Shown here piece by piece: positions 12,627 to 23,900 of a stretch of 64,000 nucleotides of DNA. The notes under the pieces are model-generated. The model saw only the letters and a program-made list of their open reading frames with translations, did no database searches and was not told the DNA's origin. The stretch is from the NCBI GenBank assembly GCA_964187785.1, contig OZ076414.1, forward strand, positions 53,010,001-53,074,000, given 5' to 3'. The DNA comes from Amphiscolops sp. MND2022. Taxonomy: Eukaryota. The position numbers and the translations under genes are program-made. How positions within the stretch are numbered: the stretch's first letter is position 1; the number at the start of each line of letters is the position of its first letter.

Positions 12627-14712
12627 GGTCTTATCGTCAAAATTGCCTTCGAAACGTTTTTCGGTAAAATTTGAAGAAAAATATTCACTCAACATCTATC
12701 TCTAAGATGCCCGCTGAGCAGCCGTACTGTTTCAGCTCTAATATTTTTCAGCACCAACAATCATTCGAAGACCGTGCGTAGCTGTCGGGAATTAATCAAG
12801 ACTGAAAATTTGACATTTTTGCTCTATTCAATCTATCCTGTTTTTGGCTTGAAAGCTTACACGATAATGCTAAGCAGCCAATGTCGTGGAAGAGGTTTTG
12901 ATTTCTTCAAATGAAAAACGCTAAAATGAAACTCTTTGAACTTTGGACAACATTTGGTTCTTTTCACAGAAGTTTTACTCGTCGCTTGTCGAAGAACCGA
13001 ATATTCCAGTAACTTGTTTGCGACCAGGTAACTGACAGATTTTTATAAGCATTTTTCTTAATGTTTTCAATCTAAGTGAAAACAATGTTTTGAGAGCATA
13101 GAGGGCCAGCATATGTTTTTTAAGGCAACATACTAATTGCAAAAAAAAACTTTCGAAACAAGTTGTGAACTTTTGGCACTGTGAAACTTTTCTCCGAAAA
13201 AAACTTTTAATTGTTCAAAGGGTACCCCCTTCATTTCCAAGTCTCCGGCCTGAAAAAAGCGTTTTGCGAGCTTGAAGCTTCTCTTTCGACACGAGATTTT
13301 TCCTGATTAAAAAAATTCCCGAGAAAATCTTTTTTCCGAGCACTGAGGGTGACCTTTGTTTGGTCCTGTGGAAGTGATGAGATTTTTTCAATGAGCGTGA
13401 TAGTTTTATTTGGTCAATGATTACTTTTGAAGAAATTTTCAGGTTGGAAGACGCGTTTTGCCAACCTAAAGGATGTCTTTTTTGGGGTTTTCCACACAAT
13501 CAGACTTTCCCAACAAAAATGGTTCAAAAATTAAGATTTATAGTTTTTGTAGTCTCATGGGTCTTTTTGGGTATTTTCCAGGTTCCAGGCTTTCCAAGGT
13601 TCGTTGAATAAAAAATCCTATGTTTCTCAATACAGTATGTTCAGTTGCTAACGTTTTTGAACTCTGTGCATATTCATACCCAAATAAATGCAATATACAG
13701 AAACACCGGAAACTGTCAAAACTTTTCAATTTTTGGCTTTTTTGCTGTTTTGGTCATTTCGAGGCTTTGTAAAGTAAACCTCGGGATTCGCGCTTAAGTG
13801 TTCTTCGTAGGAACTTATTTCGTCTTCAATTTTTATGTAAGGAAAAACCAAGACAACTTTGAAACATCCTTTCTCCTGGCTGGATATATGTTTTTTTCCA
13901 TAAAAATGATGAGTTAAAAATTTAAAAAGATGAAAAACGCATATTTGCGTTTTGTGCAGTTGTGAATAATGAACTTCGGTTTTTCGGTTTTCTCTCCGAA
14001 GGTACATATAAAAAAAACAAAATTGAACAAATTCTACAAAAAAGGTCGAAATTCAAAAGAAATAATTTCACTGTGGGTTCCTTGAAGTTAAAAACATCGA
14101 ATCAATGTTCTAAGAAGCATGTTGGGGATAACCTATTGTTTCTTCTCGAATCTTTAACTTTGGGAAGAATTAGAAAAACTTCAAAAAGTGCATGAGAAAA
14201 ATTTTGGAACTTTTGGCATTTTTTGGCTTCGAAGCACGTTTGGTCGGCACTGTTTCCAAAAAAGTTTGAAATAACTTGTAATAAATCTACTTTTCATATA
14301 CTCATCCCACCAGCCTAAATTTTGGCGGTTACATTTCGTGAAACAGCCTCTATAATTTAGTATTAAATAGGAACATGGCAAATTTTTGGGGAAAAGCAGC
14401 TGATTAACTGATTAATTTTTTTTCTTATAAAGAAAGATGCGCGGGCAATAACAACGTTTATAGCCAAAAAGAAACTTGTTCGAAGTATTTTCAATTAACA
14501 AATAAACAACCGCAAATGAGTTGATCATAAACGTCCTATTGACGAGCGTAGTTTATAACAAATTATAACTAAATAGTACAAAATCAGTGGAGAACGTGAC
14601 ATGTTTCTGTGTCGAAAATGCCTGTTTTCTGTTACCACAGCTTCATTGCTATTGTGAATAATGTAATTAAAATATCAATCCTGGGATAAGGATTTATAAA
14701 CAAAGGTCGCCC

Positions 14713-14961
14713 TTATTTCCCCCCAACTTTCTTCTTGGGAATAAGGCTATCGATCGATTGTCCCTTCTCCAATTTTTTCTCCATTTCAATCAACAAGTTG
14801 ACTCCATCGACCACGAACTGTACCAGCTCCACTTCGGAAAATCCCAGCCTATCAGCGTTTGACACGTCATAGACTCCGTCGTCGGCGTCTGTGTCTACGC
14901 CACCAGTTCCTCGCTTTTGCAGACGAAGTAGCTCCATGATTTTGTCCATTTTCTTTTCATC
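14713..14961 (-). CDS. CK: Creatine kinase last coding exon
   Basis: [75 protein letters not shown]; acceptor CACAG at 14962-14966. Confidence 0.95.
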   Translation of the reverse strand, partial: DEKKMDKIMELLRLQKRGTGGVDTDADDGVYDVSNADRLGFSEVELVQFVVDGVNLLIEMEKKLEKGQSIDSLIPKKKVGGK

Positions 14962-17900
14962 CTGTGCATGAACAGAAGTGAAAAATTTTTGAAATGTTTT
15001 ATGATTGAGGTGAAAAAAATTGGTTCTTCAAAAGATAACAGTTTAGAATACTTCAGACGTACAACAACATGCAAAAAAAACGATTTTTCTCAGAGGTTTT
15101 AGAACGCAGATAATTGTTACGACATGCTATCGGGTCGTTTTGAGTAGAACTTATTCTCACTGATTTTGTAGGAGTAAAGAAACTTCTAGTTTCCTCTTCT
15201 ACCTCTTCCTCGGTATTTTCTCTAATATTTCCTCTTGTTTCAGGTTTAAGGAGTTTCAACATCTCCTTCTGAGATTCGACAAGAAGATTCTTAATTTCTG
15301 ACGTTATTTCCTCCTTTAAGGAAGTCCTCAAACTTTCAAAGAGACTGTTTTCAATCCGGGGGGATTTTGGTCTAGAAGGCCCCGCTACCCCATCGTCCTG
15401 GTTTAGAGAACAAGGATTCCCTACTCCTATTGGTGAAATCAAGCTTTCACTTACGTTCTCACCGGTGCTTTCTTGCTGGTTGTTTCTTCTTTTCTGGCTT
15501 CTTGGTGTTGACATTTTGCTGCAGAAAGTTTTATCTTGAAGAATTGAATTTCTTTCAGAGATATTTTCAAGCAAAGTTAGATAGAAAATTAGAGTTTGGC
15601 GAAATTGGGAATTCAACTGAATCACACAATTACAGAAGACTGAGTCCCTTCGTCAACTAAAATCACCGTATATATACCCTCCTAGCATCATTTGATCACG
15701 AGTTGAAACCTTAATTTCCTTCAGATAATTAGTCATTTCCTGTATTTTCGATGAAAAAATTATTTGTTCCCAATTTTACGTCGACTTTTCGTCAACTTTT
15801 GAGACACGGTGATCTTCATCTTATATTAGTCATCAAGCATAATCATATCATTTCATCCCGGCGTCCTTTTTATTTCCTCCCAAGCAGGAAGTAGATATTA
15901 CTTCAGTCTGTCAAACCGGAAATACTTCCCCGTTTTTCTGCTTTGGTTCGTTAGAAATTGACGCTGAGGTGACGCTAACGTGAACAACTAATGCTTGATT
16001 TTGAGTTTTAACTTGGAAAAAATGCGATGACTAATGATTTCAGCCTTAAAATTTCCAATGATGCTAGGAAGAATGGAAACGAAAATTGTAAGATTAGCAA
16101 CAATTTCTAAATTGAACTCAATTTAGATGGTTATCAATTAATTAGAACAATTCAACGACGCATTAATGTTTACATTGGAGTACTAAACTGATTTAACTGC
16201 AACACTTGGCTATTACTAAATTGTCTAAAAGTTTATGGAAATATAACGTGATAATCATGAAATTTAAAGCGTACAAATCCTCACAATTAAGCCTTCATAA
16301 AATTACGAAATTATAGGTTAACGTCCTAACGTCGTCAATTTAGGTCAACGGAACAACACAACTTGTTACAATGATAGTTACAAATTTTAAGGTGTTCAAA
16401 CGTGGTTTTCGCGTACAATTTGGGCAACAATGAACATAGATATAGTGAAAAGATACAAATGTAGACAATGCATTAGGAAAAATATGATTACGTTATTAAA
16501 ATATAGTTCTTTCCAGTTCATATTTCACTTCTGCACAAACACGTCCGAGAGTCGACAAGTTATTTGAATAGCATTCAAAGACTGTAATATTTGATACAAA
16601 ATGCACAGTGACAGCCTTCTCTCCTAGAATAAACTGTGACATTTTATGTAAAGAGTAGGGAAGCACTAATTAGGTTATTTTGTAACGTGATTTTAATCAA
16701 CTAGCATTCAAATAGGCGAGTCCTGGACGTAATCTATTAGGTTTTGTTTTTATCTTTGTTGAACTTGGTATTGTCCTTAGACGCAACCATTCCGTCAAAT
16801 CCGTAATACCGATATTTATTTCACTATCCTGAATGGACTAGAACCAGCTACTTTGGATTTTGGACGTAACGTGGACGTACGTATTAGTATTAGCCTTAAT
16901 CCGCTGGTATTGACGTAGCTTTGACGTAAATTTGGAGTAAAATCTAGCTAGCTGTTATAGCTGTGACGTCACACTGACGTCTGATTTGGAATACTTTCTA
17001 CCTCGTTAACTAGTTAGCGGCGGAGTGCTGACGTCACAATTATAGTAATATTTGCATGTACCTTTTAATATTTGTTTGTTCAGCGACGCAGTTCCGTCCT
17101 ATTTAGAATTAATTGCTGTTCAAAGCGCAATTAAGTTGCCTTTCTTAGAAAAGGCGTGAATGTTTCGGCGTGCCATCTCGATGTATTTTTTATTTTAGAT
17201 CTGTTTGTTGTACGTTCCCGATTAACAATTTTGGATATGTTTTCGTTTAGATCGGTCTATGGTCTTTATTCCAAGACGTATTCTTAATTAAGTTTTCAGG
17301 TTGCGAATGATTCTATTTTGACGTGATAAAAGCGTCCTGCCGGAAATGTATGAAATCATTTTGGTTCATTTTGGTTTCTGTTCTCATTTTCATTTAAACT
17401 TTACGTAAGTTGGACGTTCGTTTTCGTATTTCTAGTCACAGTTTATTTCAGAGATAAAGTTTTAGAGTTACCAGTCAAAATAAGATTTGGGGAATCTCAG
17501 ATTGTCTCCATGTCCTCTTCCGATCTTCAGTCGTCGGCAACCGCAAGCCAGACCGGGAGCGGGCTGTGACAGGGCCGCTCTTGTGAGAAGATTGACGCTG
17601 CCCGGGGTTCTGAGTTGTGAGGCTATTGTCTGAGTAGTGGTGACCGTCTGTACTCTCCTCTCCAAGTCGTTCATAGGGCTTGCCTGCAAGAAACTTATCT
17701 TCTTTGGCGTTCCCGGCGGGGTGTTGAAGTAAGAGGATGCGTCTTCCTGGTGCACCTTTTCGAGATATTCTGCTACTTTGCTGCTTGATATTGATCCTTC
17801 GTTACTGTTGGGTTCTTCTACGACGAACACATCTGACGACATGCTTTCGTCCGGGCTTTCAGGACTGTCTGGAATTTCTTCACTTGTTTGTGCTACTTCG

Positions 17901-20900
17901 TTCCTTTCTTGCTGTGGGTAAGAGTTAGAATCGATGGACGACAGACTCGAGTTCAGCTTTATTCTTTTGTAGCTTGCTTCAAGCGAGTCTGCTGACACAT
18001 CAAAATATTCTTCTTCATCAGCTACAGCTTCTGCGGAGGAGAGGGAATTTTTTAGTATTACTCTATAGTTGGGTATTGCCTCTCTAGGAAGAGGAGTTGA
18101 AGCTCTTTCCGCAAAGTCACTTTCGTCTTCACTTGACGAAATGTCGATTAACTCAAAGACATTTTTGAGAGAGTTCATTTTGCGCCGTCGTTGTTGAGTC
18201 GTATGTTGTAGAGTTGCTGAATTTCTCCTTTAGTTGTTCCACAATGAATTTCGGATTGATTGGGATTAAGGAGAATATTGGGATAAATCCCTCCATTCTG
18301 ATTGGTTAAACAATCGTTTTAATCCTTTTTAATCTTCAGGTGTTGACGCTGTGCTAACGCCGTTTTTTATTGGCTGTAAATTAAATTATTTCGTTCAGCC
18401 AAGTTTGTCAACGTTATGCTGACGTCATTTTCGCTAGCTTAGCTAACTTTTGTTTTGTCACCGTTATGATGACGTCATTGTAGGTCATATGATTAGTTTT
18501 CTAACCTTAATGACCTTTTGCCGACGTTATGCCGACGTCAATTTCGTTGGTTCTCATCCAACTTTAGTTTTGTCACCGTTATGATGACGTCATTTTTGGG
18601 TTTGTTTTCAGATTCTCAGCTGTTTCTTGATGGATTCCCGTCCAATTGCTTCTGTTGCTGATCCTGGGGCCCAGAGTGGTCATGAGACTCAGTACGTGTT
18701 CTCTGAGGGAGAAATGCGTCTTAGTGACGCGGACAACGTTCGTTCGCGGGCAGTTGGTAAGTACTTTTTATTCCCTGATCCATTAAGCTTTAGTGAATGA
18801 TACTACTTCCAGATAGGCCTTTTCTGTTTCATATCTTCACAGCTTAGTTTTTCTTGACGCGTCGATGTTGGGATTGTACTTTTCTTTCAGAGCCCGAGGT
18901 GGTACCTCCTCCTCCTCCTCCTGACGTAGGTTTGGACGACACTCCTGCGGTCAGCTCTAGTGTGGTCCCTTCAGTGGGTCCAGCTTGTACTCCTTGTGTT
19001 TCCTCTGTTCCCGTCTCTGGTGGTGCTGAGACTCCTGATGTGTCAGGGTCAAAACCTGGCGTTACTCTTCCTGAGCCACCTGTTGGTTCTTCTTGCGGAG
19101 GCGAGATGACATCCCCCCTCGCGGGCGGTGATGACGTTTTCGGGGCGACAACTCCAAGAGCTGGGATCCTTAGTCAGACCTCCAGATCTCCTCGGTTGTC
19201 ATCTTTCTTGCCGGGTTTTGGAAAAACTTGTGCTGCCCTAGCGCAATCAGAATCGCGGAAAAGAGGTAAGCTTGAAGTATCATCTTGGTTTCTATATTGT
19301 GTGATAGTTTTGGTGTTTCATTTTTCTTTCTCTTTCCTCTCTTCTTCTAACGATTGTATCTTCGTTTGTATAATATATTGATGTTATAGTCGCGTCTACT
19401 GCTGCTGAAAGAACTGGGACAGGGTCTTCTGGCAAGAAAAAACGACAAGTGCGCGTCCAGACGGCTAACTTGCAGCTTGCTCAGCTGACTGTGAGCGGTA
19501 ATAAAGATTTCTTTTCTTGTAACCATAACTTAGAGAGTCGTGATGACAGTTTGAGTATGGATCTATTTTGTTTGTAGATTCTGGTGATTGTACTGCTCAG
19601 GTCATCTCTGGAGTTAGCGATATTCCGGAGGTTGAACGTGCTGCAGTTGGACCTGTTCTGGCGAGTGAGTATTTGTATTATGATTGTGTTCATTGTTTTC
19701 TCTTTTTCCTTTCTTTTCTCATTGGTACGTTTCGTAATCGTCATTTGGGCATTTTCTGTTGTCGTGCGGTTGCTATAGTCATGTTTTGGGTGGTATTAAT
19801 TCGTAGTTGTGTCGTTACATAGGGATGCAAGATCTCATGTCCCGAATGGAGAGTAGCCTGGAGGCTGTCGCCCTGCGTGAGAGTCCTGTCAGGAAATATA
19901 GCAGTCGTCACCACTTGCGGAAGGACATGGTGGGCAGTCATCCAGTCTTCAGTTTGTTCGTCAGTGGGGCCAGCAACGGGTCTGCACCGCGTTTCCACTG
20001 TATGATCTGTAAGCGCGATGTTTCGATGCAGTCTCGTGGTGCACGAGAGTTCGTTCGTCATTTCTCCGGAGATCGCCATTGGACACGAGATGTGGCATAC
20101 CGAGTGCAGCATGGTATGCCAGTCTTTGATCAACTGATGAAACCTCTCGAGTTGACGTCTGAGCAGCGGGCTGAGTATCTCAGTCAGGACGTGGTCGAGA
20201 AAGACGAGGGCTTCAGTTTCCCCGAAGATTTGTTGCCTGCGTGCACTCGGGTCGATTCGACGATTCCTCTTCTCACCATGGAGAATTGTGTCGCTGAATT
20301 GTGTAGGTGGGGCGGCAGCTACGTCTTGCTTCGTAAACTGTGGGGCAACTTTCGTGCTACTCTGGGACCTGACAATCCCCTATACAGTCTTCATTGGAAT
20401 CGCCCTGAGACACTGGTCAGTAGGTTTTTATAGTATTAGTCTTCAGTATACGTAACGTAGTCGTCATATTTAGATAGTTGGTTGGTAAAGTGGATTGAGG
20501 GATTTGTGTTTTAGTCGTTGATTTGTCGTGCCTTGTTTCCTCGGGTGTTGCGCTTCATCACTTCCCGGGTGACAGCTTTCAACTGCTACAGTGTGCGATT
20601 TGAGGAGCGTTCAGATGGCCAGTATTGTTTCGTGCAAACTTGGGATGAGGAGACCTTCCTGGACATTTGCATCAACGTGGAGCCTTTGGGTCAGCGAGTG
20701 CCTCGATCAGAGTTGTCGTCGTTGTCACGTATTGTCACAAGTCTGCCCTCATCTCCTTTCCCCATCAGTGTCCGTGGTACTGGTCCTTCGGTTCTGCGGG
20801 TGCTTAGTGACGAGCGTAGCGACGGTCATCGCTTTGTGTATGCCCGAGAGTTCTCCCCAGATGTGTTCCTCCATTGCTATCGTTTGGCCCATCAGGAGAT

Positions 20901-23900
20901 TTTTGGGCTTTTGGAAGTCACTACCATGGTTGATTTCCTGATGCTGCGTCTGCGCGGTGCATTGCAGGAGCCCTGGATGGAAGACTTGCCGGAACTTCGT
21001 CGCTGTGTAGTTGCCGGAAAAGTGGCCTTCGATGAGCTTCGTGGGGTCGTGGCAGAGTTGATGTCAATCTGGGAGACTGTCAGAGAATACGTCCGATACA
21101 CGGGTCCCCGACACATCAAGAGCGAGTCCGATAAAGTGGGTATGTTTTGTTTCGCAGGGGTATTTGTAGTCTTGTGGTAGGGTATTGTCACTGTGTCGGT
21201 TGAGCTAGGTATTCATTCTGCTGTTGTTATTTAGATGCGAGGCACTGACACGCTCGTCTATTCCGAGACAACGAACAAATTGCGACTGGGGACGTTGCTT
21301 CATGTACTTGATCTGTGTAAGTTGTTTTTGGTTTTTTCCTTTCGTCGTTAGTATGGCCAGTCTTTTGATAGGTTGTGTAGTATGGTGGTCACTTTGTCGT
21401 GTTTTCGTCTAGGTGACGTAGTCTTCGATAGTTTGTTCTTAGTTTTCTCTTGTGTTTAGATCATTGCACTTTCAAGAAGCAGAAGTCTGGACGTGCTGAT
21501 TACGCGTTCCATGCGTATAATGAAGTATGCCAGTTTGTGTACTGTTTGCTGACCCGTAGCCGCAAGTTGTCTAGTCTGCCACCTCTCGACGATTGGGAAT
21601 CTTACATGGATTCTTCAAAATTGGAGTCGTTTGAAAAGATTAGCAGTGACGACTTCTTGACCAATCATGAGTTCGGAGCTGAGTTGCATCGGTCAAGTAC
21701 CAGCGAGGTGTGCGAATTTCGTAATCGCTGTCGGGAATTCGTCGATCGTCTGGTTGACGTGATCTTGAGTCAGCTGGTCGTGTCCTCCGATTTCCTTCAG
21801 GGTCTGTATTGCTTCTGTCCTGAGTTGTTGCTAGAGGGGGACGACCGCCATATCTTCCAGCTGTTCTCTCGGCTGGTTCGTGTGCTTGAGCGTTGTGGCT
21901 GTCTTTCTAGTAGTGATGCCCTGACTAGTCGTGAGGAATTTGCTACGTTTGTCGTCAGTGCTAGGACGCGACATCGTGACTCAGAGAGAAGCGCAGAACA
22001 GATTAATGATGTTACTGTTTATCTGCTCTCTGATTACAGTTTTATGTCGCGAAGGAGTCTGGTGCGAGTCTTGAAAGTATGCTGCTTGGTGATAGATCGC
22101 CCTCAGAGGAAGATGCCTGATATTGAGATTGACTTGAAAGATTGTGCTGTTCCTGCTGCCGTCGTGATGTCGTGTTTGAGGGGCGTGCAAAGTCATGTGT
22201 CCTCTCCTGATTACAAACAGGGTGCTTTCTTCACTCAAGGCACGATGGAGAGTGTTCGTGATGCGATCGCTAGTAGTCGCAATTTCATGTCGTGTGCTGG
22301 TTTTGATCCGTGGGAGGGCTTGACGATTGGCGAACGTTCATCTTTCGTCCAGAAGTATTCGTCAGCTTTTGATGCTTATTTGAGTCGCAAGAAGAGCGAG
22401 GCTACTAAGCAGCTTCATAGTGCGAATCGGCAGCCGCGTCATGTTCAGTTCTCTGATTCGGGTGGTTCAGGCAAGTCAAGTGCCTGTAATTCTCCTCGTG
22501 CTGTGTTGCCGAGTTCCTCATTTGCTGTTGCTTCTTCGGAGTCAGGGTCTGAAGTTGGATCGTCAAAACAACGCTCATATACTGCTGAGACTGCATTAGC
22601 TGCTATTTTGGGACAGAAGAAGGAGGCGAAACCCACTAGTAAAGAGTCAGCTGTGCGGAAAGAGGCCTCCCCTAAGCTTGTCGTCAAGGATTCGGCGAAG
22701 AGTCAGAAGAGGGATGCCACGAAGAGTCCAAAGCCGTCTAGAAAACGGCCGGGTTCCAAGTCAGAGCTCGATTGAAGCTTATAACTGAGACTTTGATATT
22801 GCTGTTATTTTGAAAACTCTAGTGGTAGTCTTTGTAGTTCCATAGTTCATCCTGATGTATCGGGTTGTATTTGCTGTATGTTTGATGATTTTATTTTGCT
22901 GGCATTGGAATTAGTTGATGATAGATGGCTCCTCAGCAAAAATAGTATAGAAGTATTTGGAGTCAAAAAGAAAAAAAATCCAGAAAAAGGGAAGAAAAAA
23001 GGCCGTAGTATGCCAATAATTAAAGTTGTCAGGTCGGTTCGATCTGGACACTTAGTGATACTGTTTTCTTTCTAGTGAGTCGTAGTGATAGCGTCAAGTC
23101 GTCTGAAGTCAGGATTAGCGTTAGGTTTAGGATTAGGTCGTAAATTGTATTTTGCTATTTTCCTTGGGTTATATCCGACAGCTGTAGGCGGTGATCTTGG
23201 GGGAATAGGTGGACTTTCAATGGGTGGGGGGCGTCGTATGTATGGGTTATCCCCCACGTCTGTTGTAAGATTTGAAAAGTCCGGAGACAACGGCGCTGTG
23301 TCATTTGTATCTTCGATGTAATTTTTTGGCGTTTGCGACGTTGCGTCTTCGTCATTTGTATTTGTCGCTTCCTGTGTTTCTGCGTGGTGGTTGTTTCTTG
23401 TGTTTTCTGATGTTTCGTGTTCATCAATCTGTTTACCAAAATCCATTTCCCATGATACTGCATACCATTCATTGTGTGCGATTTTAACGTCTGGATCAGG
23501 AAGGTAGCCGTTGGCTCGTACTGTGACGTCAGGCAACCGTTGTTCAGGTACGTAAGGTCGTATTCGGACTCTATGTAGCGTTTGTGTGTATCTCGTTCCA
23601 AGTTTTCGTATTGTGTAGTTGTTATTTGATAGTGCTTTTATCACAATATACGGTCCTGTCCAGATGCAATCTTGGAACGCGAACTTTGTCGACTGATTGT
23701 CGGCTTTCGGGTTCAGAATGTAGCAATAGTCATTTACTTTGAGCGGGGCTGCCGACGCTTTGCGGTCGTAATATTTTTTGTATTTGAGATAAGACAGCAT
23801 GATGTTGTCCTTCGCTGTCGCCCTCACTTCGTTGATTTGTTTTTGTAGTTGTTCTGCTATGTCCGAGTTAGGGGTGGTTTTCCACTTTGGCTTGATGCCC

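Noticed and set aside
15430-15660. Small plus-strand ORFs duplicated in both LTRs (15430, 29361) and other short track ORFs overlapping gag/pol
   Set aside because: Antisense or alternate-frame shadows of LTR and pol sequence with no independent support.
21139-21145. Alternative donor GTATGT at 21140 for exon 6 of the antisense gene
   Set aside because: It gives phase 1 and a stop in the next exon; only the GTGGGT donor at 21136 keeps the frame.
18180-23071. Accessory region as a nested autonomous hAT DNA transposon
   Set aside because: No terminal inverted repeats or 8-bp TSD were found by eye around the gene, and the catalytic residues look degenerate. Not fully excluded.
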